From positions 384,001 through 448,000 of the forward strand of contig JALSOH010000004.1 of assembly GCA_026986575.1 (NCBI GenBank): DNA of 64,000 bases, in the 5' to 3' direction. Below, piece by piece: positions 55,827-64,000 of the stretch. The position numbers and the translations under genes are program-made. The notes beneath the pieces were generated by a model. It saw only the letters and a program-made list of their open reading frames with translations. It searched no databases and was not told the DNA's origin. Origin of the DNA: Thermoproteota archaeon. Lineage in GTDB: Archaea > Korarchaeota > Korarchaeia > Korarchaeales > Korarchaeaceae. The stretch's first letter is position 1, and each line of letters begins with the position of its first letter.

Positions 55827-57020
55827 TCACTCCCTCCTGTAAAATAGATGTAGCTTCTGAACGTTCTGCAAGGACACCAAGTCCGCTCTCCTACCCCTGA
55901 ACTTCAGCCTACTTAGTCCTTCAGATTCGGAAGCCACCCTCAGGGCATCCAGCATGACCATCTCCGGTCTGATAGATCTGGCGTGCTCTATACAGGCGGT
56001 ATCAGCTAGGTTAATGAAATCCGGATAGGACGGACCTCGGGTGCTGCCAGCGGAGAAGGAGGAGAACCCCCACATGTCCACATTGAATCCTGTCAGCTTG
56101 ACCACAGGAGCGCCGCTGGCCCTCGGCCTGTAAAACGACACCTCCACCTCGTTGAAGAGGGGATATTCCTCTAGCCTCTTATTCATCCTCTTTATGTACT
56201 TCTCCTTCCCTCTAACCATGGACGAGAAGTAGGAGACGATGAATCTCATACCATCGAACTCTTCCCCGTACTTCCCAACTGAGAGGAACTCTCCCGGATC
56301 GAGCATGAGCCAGGCTAGGACAGGGTCTGATAAAAGGTCCCAAGCCACGCCCTGAGGTACCCCCTCAGGCCGGGAGTTCATTATCTCGAGGAGCTCCATC
56401 CCTAAATACCTGTAGGCGATGAGAGAGGTGCTTATCCTCTTTACAAGCCCCACCAAACCCTTATCCTTCTTCTTAGCTAGTTCCAGCACCTCGTGAGACA
56501 GACTAGTTATCCCAGTACGCCTCCTAAGTTCAAGTACGGCATCCGCTGGTGGAAGGTCGCCATCCCTCACCACCACATCGTAATCACCCCTATGGATCAG
56601 GATGTCCCTGATCAGGAGCAATTCCTCCTTCTTCGCCCTGACCGAGACTATGGCATCGCTGGGATCCTCATCCTCGTCCCTCAGGCCACTCCTCACGGGT
56701 TTCAATCGGAATATGGGACGCGAGGGTTTGGGGTAGGTCACGGCAGCGAGGAGGATGAATCCCGCTCTCAACCCTCTCAGTGAGAGGGTTGGTGAGAAGG
56801 TGGAATCTACGGCGATGACCCCGTACTCCTTGTGGGACTCGCTCAGCTCGCGGACATCTCTCCTGACGACAGATGCGAGCCTCTCGTACACGGGTAGTAG
56901 GTATTCCCAAGCCTCCCTCATGCTACCAGCAATTTTCCTAGCCTTCTCCAACGCCACAGAATACACATCCGGGTCTAGGAGGTCCTCACCCCATTCCTCC
57001 CTCTCATTCATGGTACTCAC
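55827..57020 (-). CDS. nurA: NurA-domain nuclease (divergent)
   Basis: IAVDST, VVRDGDL, GLVKR, YP....LAD; coupled to herA. Confidence 0.72.
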   Translation of the reverse strand: MSTMNEREEWGEDLLDPDVYSVALEKARKIAGSMREAWEYLLPVYERLASVVRRDVRELSESHKEYGVIAVDSTFSPTLSLRGLRAGFILLAAVTYPKPSRPIFRLKPVRSGLRDEDEDPSDAIVSVRAKKEELLLIRDILIHRGDYDVVVRDGDLPPADAVLELRRRTGITSLSHEVLELAKKKDKGLVGLVKRISTSLIAYRYLGMELLEIMNSRPEGVPQGVAWDLLSDPVLAWLMLDPGEFLSVGKYGEEFDGMRFIVSYFSSMVRGKEKYIKRMNKRLEEYPLFNEVEVSFYRPRASGAPVVKLTGFNVDMWGFSSFSAGSTRGPSYPDFINLADTACIEHARSIRPEMVMLDALRVASESEGLSRLKFRGRRADLVSLQNVQKLHLFYRRE

Positions 57021-58425
57021 CGAACGTGTGCACCAGTATCGGTCTCCTGAATGGGGACAGTAGGCCAGTAATGTAGAAGTCTCCGGTCCCTAGGACCCCG
57101 ATGTCTATGCTGCCCAGGCTGACGACTTTCCCTATGTCCTCGAGGTCGCTGGACGACTGCAGCGAGCTGAACACCACGCTATTTATGTTCGCCCTGATGT
57201 TCATGTCTAGGTCGGATACCCACCTCTGGCTCACGAGTATCAGCCCGATCCCCCACTTCCTGCCCCTCCTTGCCACATCTGAGAGGGCCTCCGTGGGCGG
57301 CTGTCCCCTAGCGTAAACTTGGGCCTCGTCGACCACTATAGCGACATCCAATCTTTCACCGCTCCGTTCTGCCCTCTCCATGAGCCCGGAAACCACGCCC
57401 CTCATTATACCGTATCTGATGGGCAGGGTCTCCGAGCTTATGTCTAGGACCGTGAGGTCTCTGTTGAGTATCAGATCCACCAGATCATCTATACCGTACC
57501 TCCTCCCATTGAACGATCCCAAGCTGATGCCTGACTTAACTAGTCTGAACAGGGACTTGGCAACAGTGTGCTCCCTCCTCTTGAGGTACCCCATGACGAG
57601 CCTCAAGATCGCTATGAAGGACTCATCGTCCCACCCGATCCCCATAGGGCTCTTATCCCTCAACTCAAGGATGGTCGACATGTCGAACTGCCCGTTCCCG
57701 AAGCCAAGGGACTCCATGAATTCCCTAGCTTTTCCGACGTCTCCCTCGCTGTAAAGGTAAGCGTAGAGGGCTACTTCAACGTCATCTAGGTACTCCTTCC
57801 CCAGCACCTTGTTAGCCATCACCTCCGCTAGGGAGAGCATATCTGGGAACACGTCAGTGTCGGGTACGGTCTCCTCTTTGAAGAAAGGTGCGTAGTCTGC
57901 GCCGGTGTGGTCGAATATCACGACTTTCCTACCCACCTTCACGAGCTCCCTTACCAAGATCCTCACCAGATGCGACTTGCCTGATCCTGTGGAGCCGACC
58001 ACGGCTATGTGGTAATCTACGGCCCTAGGATCGAGCGGGAGGGGCCATCCGGAGGAGGGATGCTCTCCAATGAATATCGGATCTTCAATGAACCTGAGAT
58101 TCTCCAGATCCCCTTTCTCCACTTTGTAGACGGGAGTGCCCGTTGGAGTGGCCGTCAGGACCCTCGGATCGAATCTGCCACTCACGAGGGACCCGTACAG
58201 CTCTACACTAGCGTTCAGGTACTCGTAAGCCCGGACAGCTTCTACATTCGTGGGAGTGAAGGGCGAATAGGGGGACATGGTGGGATTGGCGTAGGATACC
58301 CCTCTGACCACACCAAGGAGCTCGTCGCCCACCAACACCAGGTCGTTAATCAGGACCTCCTCCTCAAGCCTCACCGTGACCCACTTGGTGGAGGTCCTAC
58401 CGACAACGAATCCGACTTCCCTCAT
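57004..58425 (-). CDS. herA: HerA/FtsK-family ATPase
   Basis: N-terminal HAS-barrel-like region; HIAVVGSTGSGKS, FDHTG.DY, VVDEAQ, RGRKWGIGLILVSQR. Confidence 0.88.
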   Translation of the reverse strand: MREVGFVVGRTSTKWVTVRLEEEVLINDLVLVGDELLGVVRGVSYANPTMSPYSPFTPTNVEAVRAYEYLNASVELYGSLVSGRFDPRVLTATPTGTPVYKVEKGDLENLRFIEDPIFIGEHPSSGWPLPLDPRAVDYHIAVVGSTGSGKSHLVRILVRELVKVGRKVVIFDHTGADYAPFFKEETVPDTDVFPDMLSLAEVMANKVLGKEYLDDVEVALYAYLYSEGDVGKAREFMESLGFGNGQFDMSTILELRDKSPMGIGWDDESFIAILRLVMGYLKRREHTVAKSLFRLVKSGISLGSFNGRRYGIDDLVDLILNRDLTVLDISSETLPIRYGIMRGVVSGLMERAERSGERLDVAIVVDEAQVYARGQPPTEALSDVARRGRKWGIGLILVSQRWVSDLDMNIRANINSVVFSSLQSSSDLEDIGKVVSLGSIDIGVLGTGDFYITGLLSPFRRPILVHTFGEYHE

Positions 58426-58525
58426 TTGAGGGAAGCCTAGGCCTAGCGCGATAAAAATCTATGGACACTCGCTTGGAGGAGCCCTATCCGACACATATTT
58501 ATGCAAGGGAGAGATACTGGGAGCG

Positions 58526-59593
58526 GTGTACTTAATGGACATTGAAAGGGAGCTTAAGGAGAACAGGAAGATCGTTGACTCCCTAATAGAGGGAAGGTTC
58601 CCCAAGAACATCGATGCGGACTACCTGACATGGCTGGCCGGTGAGGCCTCCTACTCCTACGATCCTGACGTCATCCAGAAGACCATATTCGAGCCTATGT
58701 GGGATCTCCTCTCTAGGGGTGGCAAGAGGTGGAGGCCTTGGCTCTTCCTTATACTGGCCAAGAACCTCAATGTAGACTTGGAGAGGTACCAGGAGCTAGC
58801 CATCATAGTGGAGCTCCTGCACAACGGCTCCCTGATCGCCGACGATATAGAGGATGGGGCCGAGGTCAGGAGAGGCGATAAAGCCATTCACGTCAAGTAT
58901 GGCCTCGATATAGCCGTGAACTTGTCCTCAGCCATGTACTTCATGCCCCTGCGCATTCTCATGGAGATGGATGTGGACGACTCGACCTTCAGGAGACTGA
59001 TCAACGCATACTTGGAGGACATGATAAGGATACACTTGGGCCAGGCGACTGACATAGGGTGGCATCGCGGGCTCAAGGACCCGGAGGAGATAACGGTTGG
59101 CCACTACCTCCAGATGTGCGCCAATAAAACCGGGGTACTCCCGAGGCTCGCGGCCAGGTTCGCGGCCATAGCAGCTGGTCTCAACGAGGAAGAGGAGAAG
59201 AAGCTGGGGAGATTCGCCGAGACCATAGGCGTGGCCTTCCAGATACAGGACGACATAATGAATGTGACCGGCGCCGAGAAGCTGGGTAAGGCCTTCGGTG
59301 AGGACATAACCGAGGGCAAGGTAACTCTCATGGTTATACATGCGCTCTCAAAGGCGAGCGATGAGGATAAGAGGAGGCTGAAGTACATCCTCTCACTACA
59401 CACTAGGGACAGAGAGCTCATAGAGGAGGCCATATCCATCCTCAAGAAATACGGGTCGATAGAGTACGCTAAGGAGTTCGCAAGGAAAATGATAAGGGAA
59501 TCGTGGTCCAGCGTGGAGAAGCTCCTCCCTGACAACGAGTACAAAGAGAAGTTAAGGGATCTCGCCAACTTCCTAGTTGAAAGAGAGTTTTGA
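58526..59593 (+). CDS. Trans-polyprenyl diphosphate synthase
   Basis: GGKRWRP, DDIED..RRG, GQ..D, KTG, FQIQDD, EDITEGK. Confidence 0.93.
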   Translation: MYLMDIERELKENRKIVDSLIEGRFPKNIDADYLTWLAGEASYSYDPDVIQKTIFEPMWDLLSRGGKRWRPWLFLILAKNLNVDLERYQELAIIVELLHNGSLIADDIEDGAEVRRGDKAIHVKYGLDIAVNLSSAMYFMPLRILMEMDVDDSTFRRLINAYLEDMIRIHLGQATDIGWHRGLKDPEEITVGHYLQMCANKTGVLPRLAARFAAIAAGLNEEEEKKLGRFAETIGVAFQIQDDIMNVTGAEKLGKAFGEDITEGKVTLMVIHALSKASDEDKRRLKYILSLHTRDRELIEEAISILKKYGSIEYAKEFARKMIRESWSSVEKLLPDNEYKEKLRDLANFLVEREF

Positions 59594-60868
59594 TCATTTT
59601 TGAATGAGGAGGCTCCTCCTCACCTCATGTTCCAGCTTCTTGGTCTTTATCATAGATGCTAACATCACCAGCACAGCAGATGCCCCGTAGAGGGCAGTCA
59701 ACCCAGCGTAGCTCGCCACGAAACCGCCCAAGAGAGCACCGATTGACCAACCAAGCGATCTCACGAAGTTTACCTGTCCGAGGTATTCCAGTGAGACCTT
59801 CAAGCCTCTCTTGGATATAGAGACCATGATGAAGGACCAAGTTGCCCCATCAAGCATCATGAACGCGATGAAGTACTCAAGTGGGGAGAAAATACCAAGC
59901 AAGACTGTTGGGACGCTGAAGAGCATGGCCGATCTTGCGAGCAGGGAGAGGTCCAAGTTCCTTATCTCGTCTCCCCTCCCAGCCCTCTTGTAGAGCATGC
60001 TGGAGACGAGGGAGCTCAGGGCTGACAGCAGGTAGATGCGGGAGTTGTTCAGGCCCAAAGCCTTCTGGACCCCAACAAGCTGCGGGTAAGCCAGTCCTAA
60101 GCCGATGAACGCCAAAAAGACCTTCAAACTGAAGGGAACTCCCACCTTGGGCAGGCTCAGCAGTATGTAGGCCGGCTTCTGGAAGAGGGTCCCCCTCGCC
60201 ACCCTAGAGATGAGGGCCATGGTCCATTCTAAGGCCTCCTCCTCCACGCGGTGAACTGCTTCAATGCCCTCCTCTATTATGGGGAGGAGGCCTATCTCCT
60301 CCTCGTAGGCCCTTCTCAATATGCTCAGGACGGGTATCCTCAGGGAGACCACGATGAGGGGCATCAGGAGGAGATCGATCAGGACGCTGAGTAGGGCCAG
60401 CCCCTCTATGTCCATCGAGTGAAGGATGAAAGCCCCTAGGAAGAGTCCGGCGAGCCAGGCCCATCCAGATACAGATTCATATGATGAGGAGGCCTCTGAT
60501 GGGTCCTTAAGCTGATCGTAGGCATAGAAGAGTCCCGAGAAGTATGAGATGGGGGAGAGGAAAGCAACCAAGAACGAGGCAAGGAGGGCAGCATAAACGT
60601 CTGGATAGCTGACTATCAGTCCGGGCACCACGAGAGAAAGATGTCCCAAGGCTATCCCAGGCACATGCCTGTCCTTTGGGGCTAAAGCCTTGGTCCACGC
60701 GAGGTTGCCGATCATAAGTCCCAAGTACATCAGGAAGAAGGAGAGTGAGAGGTGTTCAGGCCCTCCCCCGTACTCTAGGACTGCGAGCGGCGCTAGCTGG
60801 TAGAGTATGGAGGAGAGGAGCCTATGGGGGATAGAGGCCGTTTTCCACCTCTCCATTCTTCCTCTCAC
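59594..60868 (-). CDS. MFS-like membrane transporter
   Basis: About 12 hydrophobic segments in two halves with a central hydrophilic loop. Confidence 0.65.
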   Translation of the reverse strand: MRGRMERWKTASIPHRLLSSILYQLAPLAVLEYGGGPEHLSLSFFLMYLGLMIGNLAWTKALAPKDRHVPGIALGHLSLVVPGLIVSYPDVYAALLASFLVAFLSPISYFSGLFYAYDQLKDPSEASSSYESVSGWAWLAGLFLGAFILHSMDIEGLALLSVLIDLLLMPLIVVSLRIPVLSILRRAYEEEIGLLPIIEEGIEAVHRVEEEALEWTMALISRVARGTLFQKPAYILLSLPKVGVPFSLKVFLAFIGLGLAYPQLVGVQKALGLNNSRIYLLSALSSLVSSMLYKRAGRGDEIRNLDLSLLARSAMLFSVPTVLLGIFSPLEYFIAFMMLDGATWSFIMVSISKRGLKVSLEYLGQVNFVRSLGWSIGALLGGFVASYAGLTALYGASAVLVMLASMIKTKKLEHEVRRSLLIQK

Positions 60869-61535
60869 TTTCCTTTCCCAAGATCTCCCTTAATATTGAT
60901 TTGATGTATGGTCTCAGCTCGTCCTTGAGCACCAAGCCTAGGGCTATGCCCACCGCCACTCCTATGGAAATGGTGATAGCCGCTACAGCTATCACCACGG
61001 TCTGGACGAGCAAGCTGACATCTATCCCCATCGTAGAGAGGGCGGCTATTGTGAATACGGCGATGCTCGCGAACTTGAACAAGGACCCGAAGAACTCCTT
61101 TCCGGCTAAGGTGGAACCGAGTATGTGCTTCTTCACCATGCCTCCGACGATCATTCCGATGAACACTAGAAAGAGACCAGCTAGTATCTTGGGTGAGTGC
61201 TCCACTAGGGCCTTGGCCGAGTCGGCTAGGACGCCTGAGCCCAAGTTCTCGGCAGCGACTCCTATGAACAGGAGGTAGATGTACCACTTGACTAGCCCAG
61301 CGAGGAGACCGGAGGGACTTATGCCGTACAGTTCGTCCATGAGGCCCTTCCTACGTACCCATTTGTCCAGTCCAAGGAACTTCCTTAACAGTCCACTGAT
61401 GACTATGCCCACGAGTCTCCCTATCACGTATCCCACTAGCAAAATCACGGCAGCGGATAGCAGCTTGGGAGCGGTCACTTTGAACAGCATCCAGAGCTGC
61501 TCCAGCGCCACGACCACGTCCTGTAGGCCCTGCAT
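60822..61535 (-). CDS. MscS-associated TM-helix-repeat membrane protein
   Basis: Repeated PK.L.A..IL..G..IG helices; ALSTMGID. Confidence 0.75.
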   Translation of the reverse strand: MQGLQDVVVALEQLWMLFKVTAPKLLSAAVILLVGYVIGRLVGIVISGLLRKFLGLDKWVRRKGLMDELYGISPSGLLAGLVKWYIYLLFIGVAAENLGSGVLADSAKALVEHSPKILAGLFLVFIGMIVGGMVKKHILGSTLAGKEFFGSLFKFASIAVFTIAALSTMGIDVSLLVQTVVIAVAAITISIGVAVGIALGLVLKDELRPYIKSILREILGKESERKNGEVENGLYPP

Positions 61536-61600
61536 TCCTACCAGCCGGCAGTCGGCTCAAACCCGTTTATAAATGTTTCTGGTCAAAAATAGGAGGTTAT

Positions 61601-63040
61601 TCAGGCTGAAAACTTCTCCATGGGCTTGACGTCGTGAGGAGCTATCTCTCTAGCACCTACTGATGATAGGAGGGCTATCCTGGCCCTCTCCTTCATTTCC
61701 CCTATGTTGGCAGCGCCCACATAGCCGAAGGCTGCCTTCAAGCCCGCGACGAACTTATCTATGACCGTCGCGACATCTCCCCTGTACGGGACCAGACCCT
61801 CTATCCCCTCGGCTATGTCCTTGGACGGCTTGCTGTACCTGTCCAGAGCGAACCTCTTGGACCTGGCCGATGGGCTGCCCATCCCTCTGTAAACCTTGTA
61901 CATCTTTCCACCCACTATCAGGGGAGATCCTGGGGACTCCTTGGTTCCAGCCAAGGCAAAGCCGAGCATGACAGCATCTGCACCGGCTGCAAAGGCTTTA
62001 GCAGCTTCAGCGGGACCTCTAACCCCTCCATCAGCGATAACAGCCACATCAGAGCCGTATTTAGCTACCGCTTCGGAGGCCTTGGCCACGGCGAAGAGGG
62101 TTGGTGCGGCGACACCGGTTACCTCTCCCGTGGTGCATATGCTCCCGCTGGCTATGCCGACCCTCAGACCAACGACATCCAGCCTGGTGATGATCTCCTC
62201 AGCAGCCTCGTAGGTCCCGATGTTTCCCGCCACTAAGGGAACGTTGACCTCCTCAGTTATCCTCTTAGCAGCCCTCATCACGTTCTCATTATGGAAGTGT
62301 GCCACATCAGTGACCAGCAGATCCACATAAGGTTCAAGGGTCTTCGCCCTCTCCAAATCGAAGGGAGATATGGCCGCAGCTACTCTCAGCCTTCCCTCCT
62401 CATCTCTGGTGGCAAACGGATGTGACTCCCTATAAAAGACGTCCTTGGCAGTTATAAGACCGACTAGCCGACCAGAATCGTCGACCACAGGAAGCTTCTC
62501 TATTTTATAGCGGGACATGATCTTCCTAGCCTCTTGAGGAGTGATGTCCGGACTGACCGTGATCACATCTTTCGTCATCACCTCCTTAACCACCTGATTA
62601 CCGTCCTCAGCGAAGTAAACATCTCTCCTAGTTATTATGCCCACCAGCCTCCCCTCAGCCACGACAGGGAGGCCCGATATGTTCATCTCCTTCATTATCG
62701 CTCGAGCGGCTTCGACGGTATCATCGGGAGTAACAGTCACCACATCCCTTATTATGAAAGATTCCGCCCTCTTAACAGCTTTAGCCATGTTAACTTGCTC
62801 TTCCACTGTACAATTCCTGTGCAGTACACCCAAAGCGCCCATCCTAGCGACGGCTATGGCCATCTCTGCCTCCGTCACTGTATCCATCGGAGAGGATAGT
62901 ATGGGGACGTGAAGCCCGATTTCCCCCAGCCGAGTGGATAGATCCACCTCGGAAGGTTCTACTTGGGTCTTTCCGGGCAGGAGAATGACGTCTCCGAAGG
63001 TGAAGGCCATCTCTATGTTAGCGAACTTATCCCAAGGCAT
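61601..63040 (-). CDS. guaB: IMP dehydrogenase with CBS pair
   Basis: SSPMDTVTE, GIASGSICTT, IADGG, YRGMGS, EGIEG. Confidence 0.96.
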   Translation of the reverse strand: MPWDKFANIEMAFTFGDVILLPGKTQVEPSEVDLSTRLGEIGLHVPILSSPMDTVTEAEMAIAVARMGALGVLHRNCTVEEQVNMAKAVKRAESFIIRDVVTVTPDDTVEAARAIMKEMNISGLPVVAEGRLVGIITRRDVYFAEDGNQVVKEVMTKDVITVSPDITPQEARKIMSRYKIEKLPVVDDSGRLVGLITAKDVFYRESHPFATRDEEGRLRVAAAISPFDLERAKTLEPYVDLLVTDVAHFHNENVMRAAKRITEEVNVPLVAGNIGTYEAAEEIITRLDVVGLRVGIASGSICTTGEVTGVAAPTLFAVAKASEAVAKYGSDVAVIADGGVRGPAEAAKAFAAGADAVMLGFALAGTKESPGSPLIVGGKMYKVYRGMGSPSARSKRFALDRYSKPSKDIAEGIEGLVPYRGDVATVIDKFVAGLKAAFGYVGAANIGEMKERARIALLSSVGAREIAPHDVKPMEKFSA

Positions 63041-63083
63041 ATCTAGAGTGGATAGATGGTTGGATAAACTTTTCGCCCCCGTG

Positions 63084-63488
63084 TCAGGGCTCGACAGTCC
63101 TGCTCTTGGGGACTAGGTTGCGGAGCACCTTCCCATTGTAGTACCCTGAGCCAGCGAAAACCGGGCCGAACTTTACCAAGTAAACGCCCCTCTCCGGCAG
63201 CTCTACTGCTATATCCTCTCCCCTCATCCATCTCCTGAACTCCTCCTCGGTGAGCTCCACCACATGCCTCGAAGCCCCCCTGCCGATTATGTAAGATCCC
63301 TCCACGCTAATTATGTAACCGTAAGGGGCCTTCTTGGCCAGATAGACCCCTCTTATCACATCTTTCACATAGAATTCGGCAGCCTCCTTGGTCAGGAGCC
63401 TTATCCTCTTCTTACCTGACCTGACTAGGGAGAAGCCAGAGAGATCGACACCGAACCACTCCCTGATCCAGGCGAGGAACTCGCTCAC
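63084..63488 (-). CDS. NIP7/RsmF C-terminal PUA-like protein
   Basis: GTG at 63488 overlaps the methyltransferase stop; SVEGS..IG, W..GEDI, LRNLVPKSR. Confidence 0.75.
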   Translation of the reverse strand: MSEFLAWIREWFGVDLSGFSLVRSGKKRIRLLTKEAAEFYVKDVIRGVYLAKKAPYGYIISVEGSYIIGRGASRHVVELTEEEFRRWMRGEDIAVELPERGVYLVKFGPVFAGSGYYNGKVLRNLVPKSRTVEP

Positions 63489-64000
63489 ATAGGCTTCCTT
63501 AGTAGGGCCACGAAGAAGCCTATCGTGTCGTTGTCCTGCGGGTATATCCTCATGGTTTTCCTCAGCTCGCCTCCGAACTCCCAATCCATCCACCTCTCCA
63601 ATCCTGGCCTCCACCTGAGCCCCTCCAACTGGGGCTCCTCCAATACGGCACCTAGCTTCAGGAGGTTATAAACGACCCACTCGTTCTCCTTCGGTTCCAA
63701 CGTGCATGTGGAGTACACCATGACTCCTCCTTTCTTGAGGACGCGGTAGGCCGCCTTAGCAAGGGAGAGTTGGAGCTTGGCTATCTTGTTGACGGACTTG
63801 GGGCTCCACCTAGCCAGAGCACCCCAAGACCTCCTGACCTCTCCTAGAGAACTGCAGGGAGCATCTAACAGCACTTTATCAAATTTCTCCTCCCCGAAGA
63901 ATTGAGGAGCCCTCCTTCCGTCGGACAGAGTAACTATTACGTTGATGGATCCCATCCTCTGGATGTTGGCTATCAAGGCGTCTACCCGATCGGGAGTCAC
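63485..64000 (-). CDS. RsmB/NOP2 RNA m5C methyltransferase (5' part outside the window)
   Basis: FDKVLLDAPCS, YSTCT...ENE.VV, GFFVALLRK. Confidence 0.93.
   Translation of the reverse strand: MTPDRVDALIANIQRMGSINVIVTLSDGRRAPQFFGEEKFDKVLLDAPCSSLGEVRRSWGALARWSPKSVNKIAKLQLSLAKAAYRVLKKGGVMVYSTCTLEPKENEWVVYNLLKLGAVLEEPQLEGLRWRPGLERWMDWEFGGELRKTMRIYPQDNDTIGFFVALLRKPM

Noticed and set aside
63489-63614. N-terminal extension of the NIP7-like ORF
   Set aside because: Overlaps the m5C methyltransferase; a GTGA-coupled start at 63488 is more plausible
1-64000. CRISPR arrays, IS elements, inteins, rRNA genes
   Set aside because: No periodic repeats, transposase/integrase motifs, intein motifs or rRNA-length matches seen; the 16S-like 15-mer near 14255 is an sRNA guide

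Overview
Gene-dense (~64 kb) chromosomal backbone of a thermophilic archaeon. The mix of a crenarchaeal-type PolB1, an HMf-type histone, GatDE, DUF1512, NreA and C/D sRNAs fits a TACK lineage, probably Korarchaeota (inference only). I found no mobile elements, CRISPR arrays or rRNA genes. The window holds about 65 CDS, one intron-containing tRNA-Tyr(GTA) and two intergenic C/D-box guide sRNA candidates not covered by the ORF track. The main observations are: (1) a diheme-anchor succinate:quinone oxidoreductase operon (sdhACDB) set back-to-back with an operon of a 57-aa membrane peptide, a low-potential Tat Rieske protein and an extended cytochrome b, with no cytochrome c in the window; (2) an HMG-CoA synthase/thiolase/DUF35 operon whose thiolase has no cysteine and has lost all three catalytic motifs; (3) a desulforedoxin-SOR-like/CxxC-domain fusion overlapping ogg; (4) an RNase HIII-like RNase H; (5) an orphan herA-nurA pair; (6) three genes (prsW, kptA, asparaginase) each broken by one missing G, probably assembly errors.
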